In this document: in pieces, positions 18,547 through 28,784 of the stretch
Layout: each line of letters starts with the position of its first letter
How positions within the stretch are numbered: the stretch's first letter is position 1
NCBI GenBank assembly: GCA_963851445.1
Contig: CAWKPH010000001.1
Coordinates: 233,363 to 297,362 of the forward strand
Direction: 5' to 3'
Length of the DNA: 64,000 bases
Origin: an uncultured bacterium
GTDB lineage: Bacteria > Patescibacteriota > Minisyncoccia > Phycocordibacterales > Phycocordibacteraceae
Position numbers and translations under genes: made by a program
The notes under the pieces: generated by a model
What the model was told of the DNA's origin: nothing
Database searches by the model: none
Seen by the model: only the letters and a program-made list of their open reading frames with translations

Positions 18547-20084
18547 ATGTCTATCAAGCTTGTGCTTAGCCTTCTTGCCCTGTCGGGCATCGCAGGTATC
18601 GGACTCGGCTATGTTCTTCGACTCCTAATCGCGCTCGGCCAGCGCGGCTCATTGGAGATCGAGGTGAAACAACGACTTCTCGCTGCGCGCGAGCGAGCGA
18701 ACCGCATTATAAGTGATGCGGAGGCCGAAGCGGAAAACGTGGAGGAGGAGCGGCTTGGTCCATTACGTGAGCGTGAAGAAAAACTTGAAAAAATTGAGGA
18801 ACGCGTCCTGAAACGTGAGGAATTCCTTGACGAAAGCGCTCGCAAACTTGCAGAACAAGCTGAAGCATTCCGAGTTCGTGAAAATGAGGTTACGGCACTT
18901 CGTAAAGAAGCGGAGAAACTCATCACAGAGGAACAGGTACAACTTGAGCAGGTCTCAAATCTCTCAGAGGAGGAGGCGCGTAAGCGTCTTATTGCACAAC
19001 TTGAGAAAGTACATGAAAGTGCGCTTCTCGCACGTCTTCAGAAACTTGAAGCCCATGGCCGCAAGCAGCTTGATGAGCGAGCGAGAAATATTCTTCTCTC
19101 TGCGATCCATCGTATGGGCAACGCCGTGAATAGCGAGATCATGACGCTTTCCGTTACTATTCCTTCAGAAGAAATGAAAGGAAAGGTTATCGGTAAAGAA
19201 GGCCGCAATATCAAAGCGTTCGAGCGTGCAACAGGCGTTGATGTCATTATTGATGATGCTCCCGACAAGATCACCCTTTCTTCCTTTGATCCATTGCGTC
19301 GGTCATATTGCAAAAGTTGCACTTGAGAAGCTTATTGTCGACGGTCGTATTCAGCCTGCGAAAGATTGAAGAAATCGTCGAGAAGACCGAAGGAAGAGAT
19401 TGATGAGCTCATCAAACAAAAAGGTGAAGAAGCTGCATATGAAGTTGGAGTTGTTGGCCTTGATCCTCGCCTTATCACCCTACTTGGCCGGCTCTATTTC
19501 CGCACAAGCTATGGCCAAAACGTTCTGCCACACTCAGTAGAAATGGCGCACATTTGCGGGTATGCTTGCGAACGAACTGGGTGCAGATCCTGAAATCGCG
19601 CGTGCGGGGGCACTTGCTCCACGACATCGGTAAGGCGGTGGACCACGAAGTACAAGGTACGCATGTCGAAATTGGGCGTCGAATCCTCGAGAAGTTCGGC
19701 ATTGATAAGCGAATCATCCAGGCAATGCAGGCTCATCACGAGGAATATCCGTTATGAAACTCCTGAATCGGTCATCGTACAGGTTGCTGATGCTATTTCT
19801 GCAGGCCGTCCTGGCGCGCGTAAGGACACGGTTGAGCGTTATCTTGAGCGTCTTAGGAGATCTTGAGCGCATAGCTGCTGGATTTCCTGGTGTTGAAAAG
19901 GTATATGCCATCCAGGCAGGCCGTGAGATACGTATTTTCGTGAATCCAGGCAAGGTTTCTGACCTCGCAGTGCATAAATTGGCCCGTGAAATTGCCGAGC
20001 GCGTCCAAGCAAGAGCTCAAATATCCTGGAGAAATCAAGGTAAACGTCATCCGCGAGAATCGCGTCGTCGAATTTGCTCGTTAG
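18547..20084 (+). CDS. rny: Ribonuclease Y (about 8 apparent +1 frameshifts, likely sequencing errors)
   Basis: TM anchor, coiled coil, KH ([12 protein letters not shown]), HD (LHDIGKA), [12 protein letters not shown] and AIQAGREIR spread across frames; repaired frame ends at TAG 20082-20084. Confidence 0.9.
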
Positions 20085-20255
20085 GGGTAAAATCGCCATT
20101 GACGAGGCTCATAAAGAGCTCTTATGCAATATTTTTCACTATCCCCGCTATTTTGTAAAGGGGTATTGCATAATATGGCTCATTTCCTATACTTTGTCGG
20201 TAACCCTTCCCTTGATTCTTTCGGGAGGAATTAGTCCTAATAAACCACTTTTCCT

Positions 20256-20530
20256 ATGAACAAAGCAAACATCGTAGACAAAGGTGCAGGAAGTGCTTGG
20301 TGGTACCAAGGCAGATGCTGATCGCGCTGTTGAATGCGTTATCGAATCCATCACTAGCGGCCTCAAGTCAGGTGATGAGGTTTCGATCGCAGGTCTCGGC
20401 ATCTTCACTGCAAAGGCTCGCCCAGCTCGTGTCAGGACGCAATCCTCGCACTGGCGAGACTATCAAGATCGCAGCTACGCGTACTCCTAAGTTCCGCGCA
20501 GCTAAGGCTCTCAAGGACGCTGTTAAATAA
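20256..20530 (+). CDS. hup: HU family DNA-binding protein (two apparent +1 frameshifts)
   Basis: MNKANIVD..VQEVLG..EVSIAGLGIF..GRNPRTGETIKIAA..PKFRAAKALKDAV. Confidence 0.9.
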
Positions 20531-20573
20531 GGCAAATAGTGTGGTTACGGCTTAATGCTGTAGCCACTAAAGG

Positions 20574-20604
20574 AAAAAGCTGGCTCCCGAGGAGCCAGCT
20601 TTTT
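20574..20604. terminator. Bidirectional terminator
   Basis: aaaaagctggctc/gagccagcttttt. Confidence 0.85.
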
Positions 20605-20613
20605 CAGTTTGCC

Positions 20614-20949
20614 CTAGTGCACCGTATCCGACCCAGGTTCGGAAGAACGAATTTCATCCAGTAGATGATTGAGCGCTCCTTGATCGGAAAGATCAATACT
20701 TTCATGCGCGTGGCTAGGATCATCAATATAGGCACGGAAATTAGCGGAAAATCTTTCTACCCACATTGTCATGGCTTGGTTGCGAATTTCTCGAGGATTA
20801 TTTTCAGGATGTTCAATATCTACAGGAAGTTCTGGGTGTAGTTGGTGGAGAGCATACAGAGAAAGAAGAGCCTGTGTCTTCGCTACTGCCTCTATCTTAG
20901 GTAATTGCTGATTATCAGCACTTAATCCTCCCTCCGGTGAATGACTCAT
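20614..20949 (-). CDS. Hypothetical protein
   Basis: TG-n-TACAAT 6 nt before ATG; converges on a terminator. Confidence 0.7.
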   Translation of the reverse strand: MSHSPEGGLSADNQQLPKIEAVAKTQALLSLYALHQLHPELPVDIEHPENNPREIRNQAMTMWVERFSANFRAYIDDPSHAHESIDLSDQGALNHLLDEIRSSEPGSDTVH

Positions 20950-20998
20950 GTGGGCATTGTAACATCCGATGTGTCTTATTTTGCGTTATTATATGATT

Positions 20999-21757
20999 AT
21001 GAGCTCTGAAGGTAACCCTGGGTCGTCCGCGTCGAATGACGCTGTACGCGATCCGGTACCAACTCTGGAATCATTCTCTCGAGCAGATGAAGAAGTTCTG
21101 GATCAATTTGATCGCGTGTACGAAGAAGCCATATCAAGTCAGCATTCCGAAGGAGAGCGGGAGCAGTTTCATAGCGTTCTTCATAAAATTGCTGAGCAGT
21201 TCCGAAATCAGCACCTGCTTCAGGCATACGAACAGGGTACTGTTCCTACTTTTGCATCAATGGAGCGTGCAGTGGAAGCAGTAATTGAAAAGCTTGAAGA
21301 AGACAAGGAGGATGTTGAGGCACTTAAATTGAGCGCTCTCTTATCTCAACGCGTAAAAGAAATACGAAGATGGTGTTCAAAATACGAGCAGTCGTTGATC
21401 ATCTTTCATCGACAGAAAAAGCTTGTGCGGTTCAATGAGAAGATGCCGGATCAATTTAAACGGGCTGATGAGGACCGGCGCCGAACTCATGACAATTTAT
21501 TACAATCCATTCGCTCTCTTGATGAAACTCTCCGAGCTGCTGACGAAATAGAACCATTGCCATATGCGATCGGTCGTTGGGAACCTGGTATTTCAGTTCC
21601 GGCCGGATATGCTCATGAAAATCCTCTTGTATTCAGTGCACATGCCGCGAGTCATGAGCATCGAGAGCTTATTATGGATTGGGCGCTCGTTGCAAATCTA
21701 GAACAAAAAATGCAAGCCCAACTAGCATACAGCCTTTCACATGAGGAAAACAACTAG
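20999..21757 (+). CDS. Hypothetical helical protein
   Basis: Long ORF; TATTAT 6 nt before ATG 20999. Confidence 0.7.
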   Translation: MSSEGNPGSSASNDAVRDPVPTLESFSRADEEVLDQFDRVYEEAISSQHSEGEREQFHSVLHKIAEQFRNQHLLQAYEQGTVPTFASMERAVEAVIEKLEEDKEDVEALKLSALLSQRVKEIRRWCSKYEQSLIIFHRQKKLVRFNEKMPDQFKRADEDRRRTHDNLLQSIRSLDETLRAADEIEPLPYAIGRWEPGISVPAGYAHENPLVFSAHAASHEHRELIMDWALVANLEQKMQAQLAYSLSHEENN

Positions 21758-21786
21758 GGCCATCTGCGAGATGCAGACGGCCCCTA

Positions 21787-22089
21787 TTAAGTGTGTTCGC
21801 AACGAAATATACGGGCGAGCGCGTAAAGATCTATGGTCTCGAGTATCGAGATTGGATCAGGATCTGAAAGACCGAGCGCTTCGCATGCGTCAGTATCGTG
21901 ATGTAGAAATTCTTGGATCTCTTTCATCGCTCTACTTTCGAGAACTTGAGCCACCCCCGCAGAATCAATGTGATCCGTCGCGAGTAGCGTTTCGGCCAGA
22001 AGCTCTATGGCCTCTGCTGACCTTTGGTTGAGACGCTTGTAGGCGTCCCACCTCCTTAGTTGTGTGTCAAACTGTTGCACCCTTATCAC
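21787..22089 (-). CDS. Hypothetical protein
   Basis: Helical ORF with TTGCCC/TATAGT promoter-like sequence upstream. Confidence 0.5.
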   Translation of the reverse strand: MIRVQQFDTQLRRWDAYKRLNQRSAEAIELLAETLLATDHIDSAGVAQVLESRAMKEIQEFLHHDTDACEALGLSDPDPISILETIDLYALARIFRCEHT

Positions 22090-22220
22090 CCAATTTTTTA
22101 TTATTGCCTAAAGTGACTATAACACACTATATTTAGAAGGGCAATATTTGGCTGTAGAACCCCAAGCCCATTGCCGCATCCAAGTTTTGGGTACAACATC
22201 TTCAATTGGAAAGCGCTTAT

Positions 22221-22574
22221 CTATAAGGACATGTCCGCTTGAAGAATTACGCCGCTTGTAGGCGCCTTATCGGTTGGCTGTTCAAGCGCCTGGATTGGAC
22301 TACTAGCAACCTCGCTTTCTAGGGATCCCGACGTATTTACATAGTCATATGCTGTAGGGTCACTTGAGATAGTTGCTGGGGGATCTGAGGTTAGCATCAC
22401 GCCACTTGTTGGCGCAATATCTGGCGCTGTTACGAGGGCTTGGGAAGGATCGTTTGCTACCACCGTTTCTAGGTTGCCATTAGTGTTCACGTACTCATAC
22501 GCTGCCGCAATGCTGGCAATAGGAAAAAGAAGTGCGCTAGATAGCAATAATCCTCCTATAATCTTTGCTTTCAT
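22221..22574 (-). CDS. Secreted protein with two ~40-aa repeats
   Basis: Signal peptide; AY(E/D)YVNT.G.LE..VA..P.QAL....D.APTSGV twice. Confidence 0.75.
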   Translation of the reverse strand: MKAKIIGGLLLSSALLFPIASIAAAYEYVNTNGNLETVVANDPSQALVTAPDIAPTSGVMLTSDPPATISSDPTAYDYVNTSGSLESEVASSPIQALEQPTDKAPTSGVILQADMSL

Positions 22575-22734
22575 AGAGAATGATGGATTACTGATTCTAA
22601 TAATTTCTAACTTTTTCTAGTCATGCTCCTTATAAGCCCTTATTTTGAGAAGCAACTCGGAGCGTGGCTTACAAAGAATTAAGACGAAATTGTCTTTGGC
22701 CTCTTACGTGTCACAATTCATCAATCCTTCATCT

Positions 22735-24339
22735 CTATTGTTTCAGCTCCAGGAACGGATCGAGGTAGTGCACGGCAACGCCGCCAAAACTTGAGGATGG
22801 ATCGTAGTAGTTTGTAATCGCGGTGAGTGCATTATAGAGATCTTCCTTTGTGAGACCGTAGAACGTCACGTACGACGGCTGCACATCACCCGTTTCTTGA
22901 GCAACGACAATTTTCGTTGCGGTCCCTTGCGCTTCCTTTACTTCAGTCTCTGAAAGAGCTTCTGTTCCATTAGTTCCGGTAACAGTGTTTCGATACGCCA
23001 TATCAATCATGTAGCTGCCTGGTTTATGTTGCAGGATATCGAGCAAGTGATTGTAAGTGTAATTTGTGTTGCCGCCAAACGGAATCTCAGGTGTCCACTG
23101 TATCTGGTCATCGTAGAAATGAGGAATGACGATTGAAAGCTTTGCGTTTACATTCTTCATAGCATTCGTAACGTCGCTGATAAGATTTAAGTACCCCTCA
23201 AGCACGTTGCTTGGATCGGTTGAATATTGCGGCTCAAGGTATGACTCCACATCAAGCTGCAACCCAGCTATCGGTGCATTCGGATAAAGGTTGTCATACT
23301 GCGTAATGAAAGTAACGAGCGCGGTTCCCTGCCAACGATTTGCTACATCTCCCCAATTATCGGCACCGCCTTCGATGTACACGGCGATGTTTGCTGCCTT
23401 TGCCTGGACGATGAAATTGTTGAGTGCTGCAAAGTATGCTGCTTGCTGCGCGTTTTTATTTGCTCCCGCAGGTAACTGCACGATAGGAAGGTAGTCCTCA
23501 ACGGTAAGATAGATTGTGTTGAACCCGTTCTGCCTAGCAGCAGCAATCGCGTCTTGTTCGTATGAGGGTGTCATCGTAATTGGCGAGTCCCAAATCCAAG
23601 TACCGAACTGTTTTGAGGTGAAGGCGGCACCCCACACCGATCCTGATGCTGGTGCGCTTGCCGTTGTGACAACAGGTGCGGGGGTTACGACACCTGTTGT
23701 CACAACTCCACTACTGGAGGCCGGCATAGGAGGCGCACCTGGTTGAACGAAAATGAGATTATCGGCGCATACGTCACTACTGTTATTTGCCGTTGCGCAA
23801 GCTTCGTTTTGCACTTGTGTTTCAGGACTTGTTGCTGTTTCCTGTGTTGAAAGCGTAACCTCATAGGTCTGTCGAGAAGCGAGATTACCGGGAACCCAGT
23901 AATAATTATCAGCCGTTGATTTAGGTGAGCCGGAGACAAAAGATTCGTTGTCAGCATAGTAAATCGAGAAGCTTGTATCCTGACAGGTTTCTTCACCTAG
24001 ATTACTTACTACTATTGAGTAATTAATCTGGCCACCAGGAGCTACCGTATTTGCAGTTGGCGCAAAGGAAAAATGAAGTGCACAGCCGGGAACAAGTGGC
24101 TGCTCCTCAACACTTTCATCTACAGCAGCCGGTAGCGCCGTTGCTGGGGTAAGCGGCGCATTTGGCGCTTCGGGTCGTTGCCCAAGCGAGAGATCGACGG
24201 CCTTTACGGAGGTAATTGGTTTTTTTGGCGTAATTGTTTTCAGACTCATATCAAGAAAGAGAAGCAGAACAACAACTGCAAGTACGAGTAGCAGCGCACC
24301 TCCCGCTATAAGATACTTTCGTAGAGTATTAGGTTCCAT
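22735..24339 (-). CDS. Membrane-anchored Ig-like (DUF11-like) plus glycoside-hydrolase-like barrel protein
   Basis: N-terminal TM; PGGQINYSIVVSNLG; C-terminal WIW..GFNTIYL..GLQLDVESY..MAYR..GVAVHY. Confidence 0.65.
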   Translation of the reverse strand: MEPNTLRKYLIAGGALLLVLAVVVLLLFLDMSLKTITPKKPITSVKAVDLSLGQRPEAPNAPLTPATALPAAVDESVEEQPLVPGCALHFSFAPTANTVAPGGQINYSIVVSNLGEETCQDTSFSIYYADNESFVSGSPKSTADNYYWVPGNLASRQTYEVTLSTQETATSPETQVQNEACATANNSSDVCADNLIFVQPGAPPMPASSSGVVTTGVVTPAPVVTTASAPASGSVWGAAFTSKQFGTWIWDSPITMTPSYEQDAIAAARQNGFNTIYLTVEDYLPIVQLPAGANKNAQQAAYFAALNNFIVQAKAANIAVYIEGGADNWGDVANRWQGTALVTFITQYDNLYPNAPIAGLQLDVESYLEPQYSTDPSNVLEGYLNLISDVTNAMKNVNAKLSIVIPHFYDDQIQWTPEIPFGGNTNYTYNHLLDILQHKPGSYMIDMAYRNTVTGTNGTEALSETEVKEAQGTATKIVVAQETGDVQPSYVTFYGLTKEDLYNALTAITNYYDPSSSFGGVAVHYLDPFLELKQ

Positions 24340-25696
24340 GAGCCTTTTGTTCAAAGACGCCGACACGCTCCCAACGCTGCCAGACAAGTTTCTGTTTTGA
24401 GACCATGCCCCAGAGCGACCGGAAAAGTGCGCGATATTCCACGACGGTTGTTAAGTAAAACAGTAGCCACCCAATGGGGGCGAGTATATAGAATCCGATT
24501 TTCCGAGGCGAACTGTCGTCAAAGAGCTGGAAGACAAACATTGAGGTAACTACAATGATACCTGAAATGAATGAAGAAAAGTCATGCATCAGAACGGCAT
24601 AGACATACAAAAAGAGCAGAAAGAGCACCTCAAAGAATAGCTGAGTGTCTCCGAAAACGGCAAACGGTAGAACAATCCAGGTCAAAAGTTGATTGTGTGT
24701 ATCATCTGTGCTGAAAAAAAGCGAATGGTGTTCAGCGAAGGTTTGGAAGCGCCCTCGTTTCCAACGTAGTCGTTGTGCCATAAGTCCCGAAAGGGTACTC
24801 GCTCCCTCAGTATAGACGAGAGCGTCTGAAGCATAGACTATTTTCATGCCAGCTTTTTGAATACGTACGGATAAATCAATATCTTCGGTGATGTTATGGG
24901 TACTGTAGGCACCGATACGTTCAAAGACTTCTCGCCTGAAGGCTCCTGCGGCACCACCTATAATGTAAATTGTGTTAAAAAGTGAATCCACGTTTTTGAA
25001 ATAAAAGGAAAAAAGGAACTCCAAGTATTGGACCGTGCCAATAAGCGTGCGGGTATTCCCGATTTTCACATTGCCTACGGCTGCCATCACGCTGGGATCT
25101 TTGAAATATTTAACAAAATTTTCGACGGTGGTTGGCGTCAGTACGCAGTCAGCATCAATACTAATAATGAGGTCGCCCGTTGCAAGTGAAATACCCCGAT
25201 TGAGTGCACTTCCTTTTCCACCATTATGCTGATACTGATAAATGATGTCGGGAAAATCGCGGCCTGGGGACTCTCGTTTAACTTCTTCATAGGCTTTGAG
25301 GAATTCATCCATTTTTGCGTCGCTTTCGTCAGTTGAGCCGTCGTTTACAACAACTATTTCAAAATTGGGGTACGTATTTGCGAATATCGTTTCGATCGTT
25401 GCAATAAGACCCACCTCTTCATTCCAGGCTGGAACAACGACAGAAACGCGTGGTAGGTAGGGTTCTTTTGCAAATTTTCGCTCTTTCAATTTCCACACAA
25501 CCTTGTTCCATGGACCAAAGGTCATGTAGATGAAGTACTTGGTGAGCAGAATCGATGCAAAGAAGATTATGAAATCTCGCAGCAGCGGAAAATGGTTACT
25601 CTCATTAGGCACCCAAATATAGAGTGAGATAATGAGCGCTGCAGTAAAAATATAGAGCGCTATACACGTCAGTATTTTATGAAGAGAATCTTTCAT
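24329..25696 (-). CDS. Processive GT2 glycosyltransferase (PgaC/IcaA/BcsA-like)
   Basis: VPAWNEE, NDGSTD, DAD, TED, QRLRW; multiple TMs. Confidence 0.92.
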   Translation of the reverse strand: MKDSLHKILTCIALYIFTAALIISLYIWVPNESNHFPLLRDFIIFFASILLTKYFIYMTFGPWNKVVWKLKERKFAKEPYLPRVSVVVPAWNEEVGLIATIETIFANTYPNFEIVVVNDGSTDESDAKMDEFLKAYEEVKRESPGRDFPDIIYQYQHNGGKGSALNRGISLATGDLIISIDADCVLTPTTVENFVKYFKDPSVMAAVGNVKIGNTRTLIGTVQYLEFLFSFYFKNVDSLFNTIYIIGGAAGAFRREVFERIGAYSTHNITEDIDLSVRIQKAGMKIVYASDALVYTEGASTLSGLMAQRLRWKRGRFQTFAEHHSLFFSTDDTHNQLLTWIVLPFAVFGDTQLFFEVLFLLFLYVYAVLMHDFSSFISGIIVVTSMFVFQLFDDSSPRKIGFYILAPIGWLLFYLTTVVEYRALFRSLWGMVSKQKLVWQRWERVGVFEQKAHGT

Positions 25697-25699
25697 AGG

Positions 25700-25909
25700 T
25701 TATATATCAAGATATTTAGTGGTGAGATCTGCGAGCAGATTAGAAAGCAAAATAAGTATGAGAAATACTGCGACAAACCAATACGTTGTATGCCAGAACA
25801 ATAGGGTGGCCATATAGAGCGTAAATCCAAAAAACACGACGAGAATAATGCCCATCAAAAAAAGCCCAAGACGCGCTATTACTCGTTTGAGAATTCGAAA
25901 TACGCCCAT
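25700..25909 (-). CDS. Small two-TM protein
   Basis: Two hydrophobic helices; directly upstream of the GT2 gene. Confidence 0.6.
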   Translation of the reverse strand: MGVFRILKRVIARLGLFLMGIILVVFFGFTLYMATLLFWHTTYWFVAVFLILILLSNLLADLTTKYLDI

Positions 25910-26104
25910 GCTGATATAGACGAACTTGCCAAATATCTCTTACCATGTCGTAATTCATTATTTCTTCATTTTTTGCTGAAAGGTTCTTGGCGAAAAAAGT
26001 TTTTACCTCATCTGTGCTTCATCATAGTGCGCATACCATAGTGTAAGAGAAAAGAGATTCTTTCGTCTGTATTCATGTAGAATTAATACTAATTTGCTTC
26101 GCCT

Positions 26105-26782
26105 ATGCGTATCCTCATTGTGGAAGATGAAGAAAAGCTCGCGGAGGCCCTCCAAAAGGGGCTTGAAAAGAAAGGGTTTACCACCGATTGGATTTCCGAC
26201 GGTGAAAAAGCTCGAACTCGTATACTCCTTTACAAAGACGAGTACGATCTTGTGCTCCTTGATCTTCTGCTGCCAAATATTGGCGGCGAGATTATTTGCC
26301 AGGATGTCCGGGAATCTGGCGTAACGACCCCGATCATTATGCTCACCGCTCGTGATGAAATGGAGTATAAGGTTGCACTTCTGAATTCTGGCGCCGATGA
26401 TTACATCACGAAGCCATTTTCGTTTGAAGAACTCATTGCTCGTATACAGGCAATACTACGTCGCCCCTCAGAGTCACTACCCGGGCAGCTTGCCGTGCGT
26501 GATATCGAACTTGATCCTGTAAGTCATACGGTAACGCAAGGAGGGGTCGAGGTCCCTCTGACACTCAAGGAATTCTCTTTGCTTGAGCTTTTTATGCGTC
26601 ATCCCGACGAAGCTATGCCTCGAGAAACCATTCTTGACCATGTGTGGAATTTCGATTTTCCAGGTTTCAGTAATGTGCTCGATGTACATATAAAGAATTT
26701 ACGTAGGAAACTTGATACATATGGAGACTCTGACTCATTATTCGAAACAATTCGGGGCGTGGGTTACCGGCTTAACAGATAG
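26105..26782 (+). CDS. OmpR-family response regulator
   Basis: ILIVEDE, LLDLLLP, GADDYITKPF, ETIRGVGY. Confidence 0.96.
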   Translation: MRILIVEDEEKLAEALQKGLEKKGFTTDWISDGEKARTRILLYKDEYDLVLLDLLLPNIGGEIICQDVRESGVTTPIIMLTARDEMEYKVALLNSGADDYITKPFSFEELIARIQAILRRPSESLPGQLAVRDIELDPVSHTVTQGGVEVPLTLKEFSLLELFMRHPDEAMPRETILDHVWNFDFPGFSNVLDVHIKNLRRKLDTYGDSDSLFETIRGVGYRLNR

Positions 26783-27875
26783 CTACCGTTTTAACCCATT
26801 TATACGGGCGACCCTTAACATTGTCGCCATAATGCTTGTCCTGGGCACACTTCTTGTAACCCTTTCTGCGTGGGCCATTCAGAGTACCCAAAGCAATACG
26901 CTAACCTCGGTGCGTCATTATCGACAAGAGGTATTGGCTAAGCAGCCTGTTAGCAATCATTCCATAACCACAGACCTACAGAATGTGCGTGATCATGCGC
27001 TTACCTATGAACTACTCGTACTACTCATACTCATTAGCGCCTTCGGGTATCTTCTCGTTCACTTTGCTCTTTCCCCCACGAAAAGTGCTCTGGATTTGCA
27101 GAAACGATTTATTGGAAATATTGCCCACGAAATACGCACACCGCTCGCTATCATGAAAACAAATAGTGAGGTGACCCTTATGGACGATTCACTGCCCGCG
27201 CCTCTTCGCGAGATAGTTGAGCTCAATGTGTTCGAAATTAATCGTATTTCAGAGATCATTAACAATCTCCTTTCGATCAATACCCTTCTTTTGCCTGGCC
27301 GTATGAAAATACAGCCCGTTGATATGGGCACGGTCATAAACGCCGTCGTGGAACGACATACACTACTAGCCGAATCTCGTGATATAGAAATCGTCGTACG
27401 CAACACAGTCAAGAAACCCTTGGTTCTCGGGAATCCTGTGGGTCTTGAGCAGGTCCTTACTAACTTAATTAAGAACGCCATCAATTACACGCCCCCTAGG
27501 GGAGATGCAGTACGTATTACTGTTGAACGCGATTATCGGGGTCGGGTTGCGGTTGCCATCACTGATTCAGGTATAGGTATTGCTCAGAAGGATCTGTATC
27601 ATGTTTTCGAGCCGTTTTATAGAGGTGATACCTCACGGTTGCGGGGGGTTGGAACAGGAACTAGCGGCCTTGGACTAGCCATCGTGAATGAGATTGTGCG
27701 TCTGCATCGGGGAACTATAAGTATACGTAGTTTATTTGGTCAGGGCACAACGGTTGTAGTTTCGTTTCCGTCAGTATCTCGTCGTACTCAAAAAAAATCT
27801 CAAACCAAACCTGCTGAGACCCTAGAAGGTGGCGTGCACGAGGTCATGCTTGATTTCTCGCGAGAGGCTATCTAG
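26721..27875 (+). CDS. Sensor histidine kinase
   Basis: Two TMs, AHEIRTPL, NLIKNAINY, DSGIGI, GLGLAIV. Confidence 0.95.
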   Translation: METLTHYSKQFGAWVTGLTDSYRFNPFIRATLNIVAIMLVLGTLLVTLSAWAIQSTQSNTLTSVRHYRQEVLAKQPVSNHSITTDLQNVRDHALTYELLVLLILISAFGYLLVHFALSPTKSALDLQKRFIGNIAHEIRTPLAIMKTNSEVTLMDDSLPAPLREIVELNVFEINRISEIINNLLSINTLLLPGRMKIQPVDMGTVINAVVERHTLLAESRDIEIVVRNTVKKPLVLGNPVGLEQVLTNLIKNAINYTPPRGDAVRITVERDYRGRVAVAITDSGIGIAQKDLYHVFEPFYRGDTSRLRGVGTGTSGLGLAIVNEIVRLHRGTISIRSLFGQGTTVVVSFPSVSRRTQKKSQTKPAETLEGGVHEVMLDFSREAI

Positions 27876-27973
27876 TTTCATCTTGCCTTCACGATCCTAT
27901 GTGTACCATGCTTACGTTACTAGAGGTTACTAGCCATAACCGAGGAGATATATGAGAAGGATACGAGCTTAGT

Positions 27974-28011
27974 GAGCCAGGCCACGCGTACAAATGCGCG
28001 TGGCCTGGCTC
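27974..28011. terminator. Long terminator hairpin between convergent genes
   Basis: gagccaggccacgcg/cgcgtggcctggctc. Confidence 0.85.
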
Positions 28012-28027
28012 TTTATTAATAGAGCCT

Positions 28028-28699
28028 CTAGTCTCGTTGTCTACCAAATATCCTTAAGAAAAAGAGGAACAGGTTAATGAAATCCAAATAGAGAGTTAGT
28101 GCTCCTACGATTGCCTCTTTGGGTTCTCCTCCAACGGTATTTTCTCCTACTATATACAGTTGTTTTAGCTTTTGTGTATCATATGCCGTTAGCGCGACAA
28201 AGATGAGTACGCCTGCATACGTAGTGATCCAGTAGACGACACCGTTCGAAAAGAAAAGGTTTACGAGAGAAGCGATAATGAGACCAATGAGTGCCATGAG
28301 AGCAATATGCCCCACGGCCGTGAGATCTCGTTTGGTGAAATATCCATACAGGCTCATCACGCCGAAGGTGCCCGCTGTGATAAGAAATGTAATTGCGATC
28401 GAGCTACCTGTGTAAATGAGAAATATGAGCGAGAATGTGAGCCCATTCAGAATCGAGTAAAGCAAAAATACAAATCCGGCCAAGAATGCTGACATTTTTT
28501 GTGCCAGCATCGCAAAGCAGAACACCGCAATGAGTTCAAGAATCAGGAGCCCGTAAAAGACCCATACATTCATCGTGAAGAAATTGGTAAGTGTTTGGGA
28601 CGATGCTACGCCATAGGCAACTCCCGCCGTAACCAATAGCCCGCCACACATCCATGCATAGGTGCGCTGGATAAAACTTGTGATTGTATCGTCATTCAT
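28028..28699 (-). CDS. Bax inhibitor-1/YccA family membrane protein
   Basis: TAYDTQKLK, GALTLYLDFINLF. Confidence 0.95.
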   Translation of the reverse strand: MNDDTITSFIQRTYAWMCGGLLVTAGVAYGVASSQTLTNFFTMNVWVFYGLLILELIAVFCFAMLAQKMSAFLAGFVFLLYSILNGLTFSLIFLIYTGSSIAITFLITAGTFGVMSLYGYFTKRDLTAVGHIALMALIGLIIASLVNLFFSNGVVYWITTYAGVLIFVALTAYDTQKLKQLYIVGENTVGGEPKEAIVGALTLYLDFINLFLFFLRIFGRQRD

Positions 28700-28784
28700 A
28701 GAGGTAAATATAGCATCACAGCGCAATCACCGTTAGAGGACTAGTTAATACGGCAACGCTTAAGGATATAGATCTTGGGATACT

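Noticed and set aside
18547-20530. rny and HU as true pseudogenes or programmed frameshifts
   Set aside because: The lesions are +1 insertions without slippery motifs or nonsense decay, consistent with sequencing error.
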